Source of the DNA: Eledone cirrhosa
Lineage: Eukaryota
Assembly: GCA_964016885.1 (NCBI GenBank)
Contig: OZ024741.1
Span: 78,802,001-78,866,000 of the forward strand
Direction: 5' to 3'
DNA: 64,000 nucleotides
Below, in pieces: positions 1 through 13,182 of the stretch (within the stretch, counting starts at the first letter, position 1; each line of letters starts with the position of its first letter). The position numbers were made by a program, and so were the translations under genes. The notes below the pieces were generated by a model. That model was not told where the DNA came from. It made no database searches and saw only the letters and a program-made list of their open reading frames with translations.

Positions 1-350
1 ATATACAAACCTTAACTTTACATTATTTTTCTCTTCGTTAATTTTCAAATTCTTTTAATTTATACATTATCTTCCAACGGTTTTTCAACCTCTCTATGTA
101 AAACAATATATTTCTCTCAGTTATAAAAGCTATCTCTCTCTCTCTATCACCCATCTCTCCGCCTATCTCATCCTTCCTCATTATACTCCTCCCTCTCCAC
201 TTTTTACTCTCATCTTCTCCTCTTTTTCACCCCCCCCCCCTCAAAAAATATTTTCCCCAATATCACACATCAATCTAAAACTACTTTTCATATGTTGATT
301 TAAAACTGCACTATCCACAAGTGTTTTTTAACCTTCATATCATGTCTTCC

Positions 351-419
351 TATTTTATCTGATGAAAACAAATATTATTGCATGACGATATTTGTTTTTG
401 AAATGCGCATAATAAAATA
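351..419 (+). ncRNA. Type I hammerhead ribozyme at the end of a C/T-rich Penelope-like 3' remnant
   Basis: Stem I TATTTTAT(351-358)/ATAAAATA(412-419); CTGATGA 359-365; stem II AAACAAATAT/ATATTTGTTT; GAAA 400-403; palindromic stem III ATGCGCAT; AUA triplet; (TA)n follows at 451. Confidence 0.75.
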
Positions 420-447
420 CATGGAACTCTTTTAACCATCTTTTGTT

Positions 448-541
<94 letters not shown>

Positions 542-649
542 TGCCATAATCTTTTAAGTGGTTCGGGTCTTAAATCTGGCCTTGGTTAATAGCCATAACT
601 TTGTTCATGTTATTGACGTATATTTAAACAATGGTGGATAAAACTTCCA

Positions 650-1723
650 CAATGACAACGTCTTACAGGATACTTTAAAGCAGGGGTGTGCAACAGGCGG
701 TCCGCGGGCCACAATCCGGCCTGCCAGACTAATCAGAGTGGCTCGCGATGACCGTTTTTAAATGTTACCTTGTAGGCTTATTTATAATTTTTTTCGTAAC
801 CGTAATACAATATTTTGTTAGTTGACCTATACTAAAGGGCTTCACTGATATGGTTATGTGTGTTATAATTTCCCAGGTTATGGAAAGAAGTTGTGGTGAA
901 TCTTTGGAATAGTGCTTAATAAATATTAATGGCCCTAATAATTGTTCCAATATTCAAAAGTAGCTCGCCAATGGAATGTCTTGCACACCCCTGCTTTAAA
1001 GCAAGGGTTTCAAACTCTGATTGAAAAGGGCCATTACGTCCTGGGTGACAGGTATAACAAGCCAAAAGTGAAACGTGTGTGTTTGTATAGGGGTAGCGTG
1101 GTTCCCATCAGTTATAATGCTAATCTGCAATATGGCTGCAAATTATTATTATTTTTTTGTCTAAACGAATACGCATATGATGTTCAGTGGAATATATGAA
1201 TTAGTACAAAATGTAGAGGGATGGATTTTCCGTTTCAAATTTTCCTTTATTCTCCTGCGGGCCATAGGAAAGTAGTTTGCGAACCGCGTGATCGATCACG
1301 CGGTTCGCAAACTACTTTCCTATGGCCCGCAGGAGAATAAAGGAAAATTTGAAACGGAAAATCTGTCCCTCTACATTTTGTACTAATTCATTCCATTGGC
1401 GAGCTACTTTTGAATATTGGAACAATTATTAGGGCCATTAATATTTATTAAGCACTATTCCAAAGATTCACCACAACTTCTTTCCATAACATGGAACTGG
1501 GAAATTATAACACACATAACCATATCAGTGAAGCCCTTTAGTATAGGTCAACTAACAAAATATTGTATTACGGTTACGAAAAAAATTATAAATAAGCCTA
1601 CAAGGTAAAATTTAAAAACGGTTATCGCGAGCCACTCTGATTAGTCTGGCAGGCCGGATTGTGGCCCGCGGACCGCCTGTTGCACACCCCTGCTTTAAAG
1701 TATCCTGTAAGACGTTGTCATTG
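650..1723. repeat. Inverted duplication (arms 650-978 / 1389-1723) enclosing a 196-bp palindrome (1196-1391)
   Basis: Direct reverse-complement match; mirror ORFs 765-950(-) and 1417-1608(+); palindrome centre GTGATC|GATCAC at 1293/1294. Confidence 0.9.
681..993. mobile_element. hAT-superfamily MITE
   Basis: TIRs CAGGGGTGTGCAA / TTGCACACCCCTG; 8-bp TSD CTTTAAAG at 673-680 and 994-1001. Confidence 0.85.
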
Positions 1724-2461
1724 ATTCGCCTACCACAATGTTCGATTTGTCAAGCTATTTAAATGTATGTTATTACTCTAAGGCCATATCTTATCGAGTG
1801 CTTTGCTAACTCATCATTTCATATAAGTAGGCCGAATTTACTTGCAAACCACCAGAGATTCGATTTTACTGATTTCCAATTATATTATTCTCCTAGATTT
1901 AATAATTAACTAATTAATTTAATTAGACAATTCTGTTGATTGGTTAATTATTTGTGTTTGTTTTATAACATCTAGTTGAAAGCTTATCATGATAATTAGC
2001 GGAAATTAAAATATTTCCTTTCGCTAACATTTTGAATGACCCGCCTAAAACCGGGGGTTATTTCCCTTGCCGGAATTAACACGGGATAGCTATAGATACG
2101 ATAAGCCGCATCTAGCAGCAACATATAATTTATCACTCCGGTCCTAGGCAGAACGAAAAACCTGTTGATAAACTGAATCCTCCGTTCGATCACCAATACC
2201 ATGAGCTTGCCATTCACGTAAGTCTGATATTTGATTTCGGATTCAAAGAAACACTTTAAACGATTGATCGTTTGATTTGTCCAGGTGTACTGTTCTCAAC
2301 CTGATTAGTTCTATCGTTACTTTGGTATATATTGTGTGTTAGATTCGCCTACCACAATGTTCTATTTGTCAAGCTATTTAAACGTATGTTATTACTCTAA
2401 GGCCATATCTTATCGAGTGCTTTGCTAACTCATCATTTCATATAAGTAGGCCGAATTTACT

Positions 2462-2465
<4 letters not shown>
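1723..2465. repeat. Non-coding segment bounded by 124-bp direct repeats (1723-1846, 2342-2465)
   Basis: Near-identical GATTCGCCTACC...TTTACTTGCA copies; ends in (TA)n. Confidence 0.8.
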
Positions 2466-2516
<51 letters not shown>

Positions 2517-2697
2517 CCATAAGGTTGAGATGCAATTTGGGCAATATTGGGCTGCGCTTTCTAGCAACCAGCCCACTCGCCGTAAGCAACCAATCACATT
2601 CTCTTTGACTTGACCACTGCCACGTCACAGTTCTTAGCCATTTTGAATTCCTTTCTGGCGGAGATCACTTAAGAAAATTCTTTGTCCAAATGAGTTT

Positions 2698-2778
2698 GTT
2701 TCCTGATGAGTTCGAAGCTCAAGATGATATCCTTAATAGGATATTTCCGAAAGCGAACGGAACCCTAGGGTAGAAACG
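2698..2778 (+). ncRNA. Type I hammerhead ribozyme
   Basis: Stem I GTTTC/GAAAC; CTGATGA 2703-2709; stem II GTTCG/CGAAC; GAAA 2760-2763; palindromic stem III ACCCTAGGGT; GUA triplet. Confidence 0.7.
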
Positions 2779-2807
2779 TAATCCTGGTATGTGTATATGC
2801 ATTTTTC

Positions 2808-3069
2808 TTCTAACTTTAATTTTATACCTAATTGTGTATGGTTGACTTTATATTTAATCGATTTCCACGTGCTGTTGAAATGTTGGGTAAATATTCTATG
2901 GCGGTTGGTCGCGAAGAGATTGCTGTCGTTTATTTATCTACTATTTCTTCATAGGTGCCTTTTAATTTTATAGCCTGGTCTAATTGACTTTTTGTGTGGT
3001 TAATTATGCTAATTGGGAGAGGAAATGGTGTATATATATTATCAAATGATTCTATGGACATACTTTATA

Positions 3070-3070
<1 letters not shown>
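2808..3070 (-). repeat. Dispersed repeat, probable Penelope RT fragment; second copy at ~27518-27775
   Basis: Clear nucleotide similarity between the two loci, both bounded by (TA)n; PLE assignment is tentative. Confidence 0.45.
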
Positions 3071-3111
<41 letters not shown>

Positions 3112-3515
3112 TCTCGGATCTCGAATATTCGTCGTCAGCCCGCATATTAATCTTTCAAATTTTTCCAACCCCTCCGCTTATTAAATTTTGCTAATCTATC
3201 TGGTAGCGTTCCTGCAACAATTGATTTTCTTTATACATTAAAAAAACATTATACATGATAAAAAAAGTGCATTACTAGCAATCCCATAACATTATAAAGG
3301 AAATAGGATAGGTTGGGGTCTCAGTATGTAAATTAAACGACTATTTCTGGTTTTTAAAAAAATCAACAGAGACAACCTAGACAAATTACCGATTTTACAC
3401 CCAACCTGCCCCGGCTTATTCCACCCCTCCCACTTATTTCAACTCACCCGCTTATTCCATCCCCATATAATTTGGGTACCGAAAGTATACACACAGACAC
3501 ATATATACATATTTA

Positions 3516-3682
3516 TATATTATAAAGAGTCGGGACCCGACGGTTGGAACTAGCTGTTGAAACGGCAAGAACTCAGCCGTCGGTTCCCGACTCTTTATAA
3601 TATAACCATACTCTACTACCACAAGTATCGCGTACTCTGTTGAGTAATGGTTTAACCAGTTTCAAACTGCTTCCATCCTGAT
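3516..3682. mobile_element. Penelope terminal remnant with short foldback
   Basis: Hairpin TATAAAGAGTCGGGA...TCCCGACTCTTTATA; 3' half of a hammerhead (GAAA CGGC..GCCG TC); then CTCTACTACCACAAGTAT, similar to the terminus of the 29-39 kb element. Confidence 0.55.
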
Positions 3683-3684
3683 TT

Positions 3685-3806
<122 letters not shown>

Positions 3807-3899
3807 TTACATGACTCCGGAGTAACCAAGCCAACCTGCGCACTTTGTCGAGTGCTCCAATCTGCATACTGAGGTATTGGTATACAACCAACATATACT

Positions 3900-3949
<50 letters not shown>

Positions 3950-3951
<2 letters not shown>

Positions 3952-6660
3952 GAAAGCAGAAAATTGCTTATTGTAATCCAGTTTCTTGGACGGTTTCCAA
4001 CGTACGGTTAGGGGTAACTCGACAAGTTAGTAAGAATGTGGTTAGTAAATCACGTTCAATCTTGGAGTATAAAGAATAAAAGAGAAAACACAAGTAAGCA
4101 TTAAAAAAAGGATTTTATCCAGGCATTTACGACCGTTTTATTAGTAAGCGCAACCTTATATCGCTATACTGCAAATAGCAGCCACTCGATAATAACTGTT
4201 ATTCACCTCCAAATTTTCAAATAATGAATAAGTTACTTGTAAAACGTTCTTAATATATAAAAGATACATTTTTTAAAAATCGTATTTACTAGTATAGAGA
4301 GAGAGGAAGGGGGAGAATAATTAGGAAGTAGAGGGACAAACGGAAATGGAGGGAGGGGTAAAGATGGAAGGATTCCTCGATCAGTTTTGATTCGTAGACT
4401 TGATGTCAATTTACAGTGTAGGAAGTTAAAGAGAATTAGATTGTTTATAGTGGGAGAGAGAGAGAGAGGGGGGGGAGAGATAGAGAGATAAATATATATA
4501 TATAAGAAAGGGGGAAGAGAAAAAAGAACAAAAGAGAACAAAAAAAGGGAGAGAAGAAAAGAAGAAAACGAAAAAAGAGAAAAGGAATGAAGGAGGAGAG
4601 AGGGACATAAGTATTGGTTACTGTGGGTAATTAAAGGGGTTAGATTCAATAAGGGGGTAGAAAGTCTAAGTATATGCAGTTTGTCAGGTGGTAGTAGGAG
4701 GTTAAGGGTTCGATTTGCACTTGTAGTGCGAAAATCTTTCTTTAAGTCTATGGTTGCAATAAATTGATCTTTCGATTTTATTGTTGAGTAAACTTATTCT
4801 TCGAACTCAAAATGTGGAGCAGTTCAAACTCACATAACCGACAGATTCTCATACCGCTCCGATATGCAGGTGCGTTCGATAATTTCTTCCACTTCAGGGT
4901 GTATTGATGGTTACTTTCCCTCAGTTGCCAGGTCTTGTTCACAAGGGTAGTTACATAACGATGCTGGGAATGTTTCCTTGCGTAACGATGTGTATACCAA
5001 TGAGCTTTAAATGTATTCCCAGTCGCTCCGATGTAATACCATTTCTGGTTGTCTGATTCGACCGTGCATTAGTAAACCAGGTTAGACTGCATACATTCAT
5101 TATGCAATGGACAGGTTTCAGGTAGGTGGCAATTACAATTCTTGTCATGGGCAACTTTGGTATTATTGGTGGGCTGCGATGCCTGTACAAGTGTGTTACC
5201 TTTTGTTTGCCTTCTAGTGGGTAGTTGTGTATTAGATATTCTGTTGTGTTCGATGGTAATTGTATAGTTATTGTTATAAATTTGTGTTCCGGTGTTGTTA
5301 CGTATCTTTTTAGCGTTAAGCATCTTAATGTGTGCCTCTATGTTTGGTGCAGTGGAGTAGGATAGTCTGATAGATTTAGTGTTAAGGATTTTGCTGTATC
5401 TATGTGGATCTGGAAAGTGCTTATTTATTATTCTAAAGAAGGTAGAGGTAGGTTGATACCAATAGAGGTGTTAAATATGGGGTTATACCAAATATATTTT
5501 CTACTGCGTGACCTGTTTGATTTTGATGTATTTCTATTTTCAGTATAATTGGTAGTTCTATGCGTAAATGCGTGTGTGCGTGTATTTCTGGAGTTTGTGT
5601 TATGCCTATTCGTGTGTGCTTTGCAGAAGCTTTCATCTATATATTCTACTTTATCTTGGTGGCCTGCCTTATCTAGTGCAGTATTGTAGTACTCTGCGTG
5701 TTCCTCGAAGATTTGTCGGTTAGATGAGAGGCGCGAGATCCTAAGGGGTATGCTGGACTTAATTATGGAGAGAACGGACTTAATTATGAGAGAACGGACT
5801 TAATTATGGAGAGTGGGTGGTTCGAATTACAGTTGATGTATGCTAAGTTTTCATTATTCTTGTGAAAAGGTCTTATAAGTCCCGTATTTAGGTTAAGCGT
5901 CGCGTCTAGAAAGTTAACTATTTTAGTGCTATATTCATACGTTATGCCAAGGCCTAGTTTCCCGAGAGTCTTTCTAATATTCTTGCGCGGTCTTTCTATG
6001 CTCTGGTTATTTAGGTTCTTAACTAGAAGAAGGGCGTCGTCTCTGGAGATTCCACCGTGAACGTTGCTAAATTCCCTATGTAAACTATGGGCTATGTAAA
6101 TACCTACTAAATCCGTGGCCTGAGCCGAGTCATTAGCCCCCATCGTGATGTCAAAGTTATCTAATCTATCCTTACGTTCCCAATAGGCGTTTTCAAATTT
6201 AATTATTGTTTTCCTAGCAGCTAATATAATTTTTATCTCGTCGTCTGTCAGGTCAGAATTGGCTTTGGCGAATGCTAAGGCTTTATCCAAGGTATTGGGT
6301 GATATAGAGGAGTAATAGTCGTTAATGTCAAATTGTATAAACTTAGATACTTTTTTGTTAGCTATACTGTTAAACCATTTAATTGTTTCACTACTGTTAC
6401 CCCATAGTTTAATTACTAGTTTATTTTTCATTTGTGTTATTACTCTGTCTAATATATGTTTACTAATTTTCCCAATGTCTGATTTGGTCAGGCATATAAG
6501 TCTATCCTCTATTCCTAGATGTTTGACTATATTGTGTGCCTCGGTGTTGATGTTTATCAGTGCCGTCTCGTTAGTTTTTCTGTATTTTCTATGTAATTCC
6601 TTCCGTATGAAGCTATTGTATGTATAATATCCATCGTATACACATTTGAGGTTTTGTCCA
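3950..6660 (-). mobile_element. Degenerate 5'-truncated Penelope-like (Naiad-like) element, RT + GIY-YIG
   Basis: ORF 5784-6660 has TKSDIGKISK, FIQFDINDYYSSI, FDITMGANDSAQ, GGISRDD, VNFLD, NSNHP; downstream CNC..CPL..C..NLVY and YYIG motifs broken by stops; C/T-rich 3' UTR. Confidence 0.85.
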
Positions 6661-6665
6661 CTTTG

Positions 6666-6797
<132 letters not shown>

Positions 6798-6915
6798 GTG
6801 TCTGTGAGTGCAGCAAATGTATCCGTGGATAGGGATAAAGAAAAAGAAAAAAGTGCTCAGTCTAGTGCAAGGGAGCTGATTTAGTATTTATTTATGTTCA
6901 TACACGTAAGATGTA

Positions 6916-7028
6916 TTGCCCTACCTTAGGTTTCAAGGTCCAGTTATGGTTATTAGTGCAGATAGTACACGGTGGTGCAGAATGCGTGGAGGAGCGATCG
7001 AAAATCTGACCTCTTTCATCAGGTGCAA
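6916..7028 (-). ncRNA. Hammerhead ribozyme, slightly degenerate
   Basis: Minus strand: TTGCAC CTGATGA ..AGGTC..GACCT T GAAA CCTAAGG TA GGGCAA; one stem I mismatch. Confidence 0.55.
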
Positions 7029-7492
7029 GCACACGTTTAAAAGAAATACCGTATATATCAGACAGAAATGTAAAAAAAGAAATACCTCAATTTCTCCCCC
7101 GAATCTTAACTTCTCGAACTACTAAAGATTATCCTCTTCTCAGATAGAGTGATCGTGTCTGAGAAGTTTGAATAATTCAAGTATTATTTTCTACAACTGA
7201 AAAGAAAACTTGGAGCTGCTTCTAATAATGATGTTTTATTACAAAGTGTTGAACCATTGAAGATCTGTTGTTAAATCATTGTTGTACCGTATTACACGAA
7301 AACGTTTTCAGAAAAATAACTTCTTTCACAAGAGTTAACACATTGAATAAAGAGAATAATATATAAAATATATCAACACAATAAGAATCCGGTTCAATCT
7401 TCAACAATAGTCAAACAGTTGAACCAAGTTTCTGAAATAGAGACGTGGAGTTAATAAAACATTTATTTCTAGATTATTCAAGCAAAGGTAAA

Positions 7493-7606
7493 GGCGCATG
7501 GCTTATAAGTTAGTGTGTTAGACTCACAATTTTAAGGTCGTGGATTCAATTCCTTGACTTAGCAGTGCGTTGTTAACTTGAGCAAGACACCACATTTCTC
7601 GTTGCT
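7493..7606 (+). mobile_element. tRNA-derived CORE-type SINE fragment
   Basis: A-box-like TGGCTTATAAGTT, B-box-like GGATTCAATTCC, then CORE-like CTTGAGCAAGACAC. Confidence 0.6.
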
Positions 7607-8003
7607 TTTCATTATAGGACTGTGGACCCTATCATAAAAATACCCGAGAATCATCCCATAGGTTGCATCCATAGGAGTTAGCTGTGAATTTCATTTAATT
7701 TTATTCAGGCCAAACTGAATTCAACATCATTTTAAAAATAAACAGGTATTTCTATAAGAGTAGTATAAAATGGAAAATACATTCTTGTAAAAAAGAAAAC
7801 AAAATCTTGCTGATAGTAGGTATAAATGAGTGAAGCAACTACAAGGTAATCGTGCCACTGGCGCTGATTATTAAATTTTGATTATGAATAAACAAAAATT
7901 CAATAAAATAAATTGAATAATTAAATTTGAACAAAAGTTAACACACTTTAGGAAAATATCGATTTATCAGGTGTCTTATCTTTATACACACATACATATG
8001 TAT

Positions 8004-8073
<70 letters not shown>

Positions 8074-8274
8074 CACTCATATAGATCAAAAGATAAAACA
8101 CCTGAAAAAAAAAATCAATATTTTCAGCTAGTGTTGACTTCTGTTGAAATCTAATTACACATACATGCATACACATATGCACATTTATATGAGTAGATAT
8201 ATGCATATAGATACATATAATCTATATGCATATATATATGCATATATATATATATACGTGTATGTGTGTGTTGA

Positions 8275-8327
<53 letters not shown>

Positions 8328-8699
8328 GTATACATATTTGAACGCGCATGCACATACACACATTCACGCAGTCACATCTGATTCAATTTTAGGATTCGCC
8401 TCATATCAATGTGAAGAAAGCATCAAAGGCAATAGAATATTAGTCATACATAAATACACATGACGCCTAGAGTGTAAACACAGCTGCACAGTTATGCTTT
8501 AGTATATTAAGTATGACATACCCCACCTCGGAGTCTTTCCCTCAGCCATATTGCTTATATCCATAATCAGTGTCACTATATACTTTCTATTTCTTTATAT
8601 ACTGGTAACTCTCGGTTTTGTCAAGTGAGATAAATATGCTTCACCAAAGAGGTCTGATAAGAACGAAACATGTCCCTTATTTTAACCAAATTGCTTTAA

Positions 8700-9720
8700 A
8701 GACCAGATCCACTCCAATCTACATTTTATACGTTATCCAAAAATTTCAATGAATTGAGCCAATTGGAGTTATCTCCCATACTTGCTGTTTTTATATATAA
8801 ACAAGCCGAGGGAGGGGAGATTTTTTGTTAATAGTTTTCTTCATATTTTCTGGTTGTTTTCCAAATCTATTATTCATGTTTCTAATATTTCATGGGCTCA
8901 TCTTCAGAATGTTGAGATATTGGCATGCTTTGCTGCCTCTTTATTGTGGGTAGAGCTTATGAAGACATTTACATATTTATTTTAGCATTGAGCTGTGTTA
9001 TGAGTATTGCTTCCCTCATTAATCCTCTTTTTGGGGGTATTCTATAGTCTATTAATATGTTTTCCAATAATCTTTTTCTATATAGTTTTTGTTTTGAGTT
9101 GTGTTATATAGTGCATTGCAATTACTTTTTGTTGAATCTACTTTGTGAGCCTGTGGGAAAATTCCTATTTATAATATAACATTTGAAGTTATAGTGTTTA
9201 CAACCCTCGCGAATTCATAAACCACATTGGTTTTTAATAGTCTTTTCGCATGTTTACATGTTTGTGATTTGTTACTTATAAGGTTTTCAATTAAAGTATT
9301 TTTGGAGTATATTATGGCCTGATGTAATGCCTTTTGGGCTATGTTTTATAAGACGTTTAATAATGAGTTCATTTATTCTACAGTTAGTATGTATTTGGTT
9401 CAAGCAATTCACTTCAGGTGTAGTTGATATAATTTTTTTTTAATAGGTGTGGTATCTGATATATTTGTTTCGTAGTATTTATTCTTGTATTGTTTTGTGT
9501 TGGTCTATTAGTTTATTAGAATAGCCGTTGTTGCTTTATTCTGTTCGTGTTCGCTTTATTCTGTTGATTTCTTCAGCTGGAATTTCGTTTGTGGGGGAGA
9601 ATATTTATGATGTTCTAAGTAGAAGTTTATCCGTCGACATTCTGTAATTGCGTAAATATTCGGCGTCTCCATGTAAATGTATCATTTTTGTTATCACCTT
9701 TACACAGCTTTGGTCATTTA
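8700..9720 (-). mobile_element. Highly decayed retroelement fragment, possibly Penelope-like C-terminal region
   Basis: Lys/Asn-rich broken minus-strand reading with Cys pairs; no clean motif. Confidence 0.3.
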
Positions 9721-10000
9721 GGTCGCCTTACCAGGCTTAACATTAACTTAAGACTTGGAGAACGAGTGGCTTTTCTTCTCAGAACTTTTCGAAGAATATG
9801 TGCTATCCCTAAAAGTACTGATTTCTGAAGAGTACTCAGCTCCTACTTTGTGTCAACCTGGCACCTGAGGCAAAATTTGATAATAGTCACATTTTAGAAT
9901 CAATTGTCATTCAAGTGATGCCACAGGGGTACAAGCAACAGTAAATTTGGGAAAGAAGCAGAATTCAAAGGAAGTTTCCAATAATAATAATAATAATAAT

Positions 10001-12230
10001 GTTTCCCCATTTTGTAAGGTTTCTCAAGTAATCGGTTGCTGGATGCAGCACGTTATTGGCCTCAGATCAGCCCCTGATCTCAGAGGCTCAATATATCGTG
10101 TAGGATTCTGGAACTGCTCGTGATGGTAGAATTTGGGCCTATGAAGTCGGGTATCCCAAGGCTTTTGAGGAAACACATTTAGGGACCGTATTTCACGCCC
10201 CAATAACGATAGGCATGACTTCTATCTCTGCAAGATTTGCATACTTATTGATCTTCAATAGCAATCAGAGTCCAATTTTTAGGGAGTGGGGGTTGTTTTT
10301 TCAACAATATCAGGATGGTTGTGTTGGACTTTGTTTGTGGTCTTGATCTCAAAGTCTCAAAATATCTCTACTCCCTCCCTTAATTTGCAGGATTCATGAG
10401 GAGTATGTTCGTATCACTGACATCGCGTTTCTATGTTGTATTTTTGCACAACTCCCAGTGGACTATCTTTTCTATAAGATCATGTCGGATTTTATAACGT
10501 CTTTTTGCTAATTGCTCACATCCACTAGCAATATGTGCCACAGACACGTCTACTTTATGACATACTTTGCAGAGTGGGGAGAAATTTTATCCATCAATGT
10601 TAGCTCGTACCCAATTGGTTCTGAGTGCCTGGTCTTGTACGACAGTAATAATAACCTCAGTGCTCTTTTTAACACGACATGACCTAACCCTAAAACCAAG
10701 ATATAGGATCAGCAATGTCTTTAACGGCAGCTAAAAATTTGCCATGGAGAGACTTTTCTTTCCATGCCTGTTCTTGTTTGTCTCTAAAGGCTTTGTTGTA
10801 TGCTTTCATACATTGACTTTCTGTTATAAAGTCTTCCTTCAGAACTTTTCTTCAGTTAATATCAGGTAGACCTACAAGCTGTTGGTCTCACTACATACAC
10901 ATTGTCAACCGAAATTAAACCTCTCCCACCTTCCCTTCTGTTAAGGTACTGTCTTGCAATATTTTCCTTTGGCTGTAAGCACTCATTGCACGTTAAGATC
11001 TTATGAGTGCGTCTATCAAATCTTTCAAGGTTTTGTTTCGTCCAATCAACTATTCCAGCACTACTTCACTACTCCCAAAGCCTATTGTTTTATTCCAGAT
11101 GTTACATTTACTGCATACAGATTTGACTTGGAAAATGTTCTCACTCTCCTGATGTACCCTTTTTCAATATTTACTTTCATTTCGCCTGTTCTGATTCCCG
11201 CAACAAGCCCAAGTATATGTAATCTGTTTCTTCAATAGATGGTTTATAGGCATGGGCTCTTTCGCCATGTAATATCCACAATTTATTTCTCTAAGAACAA
11301 GAGTAAGAGGAATCACTAATATGATAAACAACACTAGTGATAATGAGTCACCTTGGAAATAAACCTCGTTCGATGCGAACTTCTTCTAGAACTTCTTTAT
11401 CAGATGAACATTCTCTTCTCCATTGCTCCATGCTATTGAACAGCATTTCTTTCGTGTTATCTGCAACACCTTCAAGTTTGAGGGCTTCCTTTAACCAAGA
11501 GTGGATGGACCATGTCGTAGGCTTCCTTGTAATCTATGGAAGCCATTGCCAAGTTCTTTTTCTTTCTTTTATAGTTCCTTATCAATTAACCACTAGTCCT
11601 TTATTCCCCTGGACCCTCTTTCTGCTCATTTGGGAGATTCGCCTCTTCGAGATGTTTGTATATATTGTTTCCAATAATCTCAATCAACAGTTTCTAAATG
11701 ATTGGCAGGCATGATATTGATCGGTAATTGGCAGCCACAATTCCCTTTACTTTGTCTTTCATTTTAAGGACTGTTCGACACTTGGTCCTTCGGTTTGGGA
11801 CCTCTCCTAACTGCAAGCACTTGTTCAAGCGCTTGGTTATTCTATCATGCATGTTGCTCCTTTTCTTGTACCAGAATCCTTGGAGGCCATCAGGGCCAGG
11901 TGCCATCACTAGAGTAAATGCTGATGTTATCTTGTTTCATATTCTGGTTCAGTTGATATCACCCAGAAGAAGTTATTCCTCAGATGTTGTTCCAAAATTC
12001 AATTGCCTCAACGAGGATTAGGAAGCACGTTCTCCGTTTTGCATTTACCAACGAGTTGTTTATAAAACTGAGAAGTGTTTGATTGAAAAAGCTTATTTTG
12101 ATAGAATTGCTGTTATTGATTTTCAAAATTCCGAATCTTCAGACAGCCACATGGTATTTTTGTCTTAAGTTGACTGATCATACCATTATTGTCTACAGTT
12201 TCAAGATCATATTTTTTGTTCAAGAAACGA
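10001..12230 (-). mobile_element. Degenerate R4/Dong-clade non-LTR retrotransposon (RT + CCHC + restriction-like endonuclease)
   Basis: APGPDGLQGFWYK..NYRSISCLP (11694-11909); QNKLFQSNTSQFYKQL; CKVC..VAHIASGC..RHD; HPDI; ends at (TAA)n 9980-10000, the known Dong-type target/tail. Confidence 0.75.
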
Positions 12231-12239
12231 CCCCATTAC

Positions 12240-12990
12240 CAAAAGTAATGTAATTGCTGGAGGTCATAGAATTTCTTCTGAAGAAAGCAACCAAAACATA
12301 ACAATAACCAGCCTGAACAACTGGACACTGAAGTAAGCTACTTAAACTCATAAATACAAGGAGACGAACATGAAAGTGAATCTCCACCAGAATATTTCCC
12401 AATAAATGGAGATGAAGTCACAAAAGAAAAAAAAAATCACATAATTGAGGCAGGAAACGGAGCCAGGGACATAGGATTGTATGACAGGTAATAGCTACCA
12501 AAAATCCAATCCACACAGTCTAACACGAAAATCTTTGATTCTTATAATGCCGCACTACAAGAATACCTTAGTGTCAATGGCCACCAAGATATAAGTACGC
12601 TAAACTACATTATATACGCAACAGGACTAGCTGTAACTGAAAAATTAAAGATAAACTTAAAGAAGAAAAACAATCGTAAGAGGCATAAAGAGCCTACCGG
12701 GAAAGTAAAAATAAAGAAGGAAATAGAGGTACTGAGAAGTGACATTTCTGTTCTTTATGAAATGTCAAACGGAGTTGTAATGACTACCTTGAAATCCAGA
12801 AAAGTAAAAAGAAATACAAAATAACAGACACGCACAACATAAAATAATAAAAACATTGGAGCAAAAAGTGAAATCACGAAGGTGAAGGCGGTATGAAAAA
12901 AAAAAAAAAAAAAGATTTTATAGGCAAAACAAGATGGAAGAGATGCCAAAATGTTATATAGAGAAATAGGAAAAGAATAACGACAATGCC
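12240..12990 (+). mobile_element. R4/Dong N-terminal ORF fragment from a different copy, opposite orientation
   Basis: LNYIIYATGLAVTEKL, KIKKEIEVLRSDISVL and FYRQNK motifs on the + strand. Confidence 0.55.
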
Positions 12991-13029
12991 TACTGTGACT
13001 ACAGATATTAATCAAGGAATGGCTATTTC

Positions 13030-13182
13030 CGGCGGTATTTGCGAAATTCTGATCCTTACTAGCCTCATCCCGTAGTAGAGTAATGATGAAACGCAAAGTT
13101 AACCTCGGCGGGATTTGAACTCAGGCTGTAAAGGGGTGTAACTCTACGCCGCAAAAACGTCCGATACTGCCAATCCACCGCT
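13030..13182 (-). mobile_element. tRNA-derived SINE fragment
   Basis: B box GAGTTCAAATCC followed by GCCGAGGTTAACTTTGC on the minus strand. Confidence 0.6.

Noticed and set aside
1785-1830. Hammerhead-like ATGATGAG..CTCGATA on the minus strand of the direct repeats
   Set aside because: Both core boxes deviate and no convincing stem I or III
3985-4030. GAAACCGTC hammerhead 3' half on the minus strand
   Set aside because: No CUGANGA or UUGANAA core in register
8648-8680. CTGATAA-GAAC-GAAACATGTC
   Set aside because: C3/A8 mismatch and no stem II; at best a dead remnant
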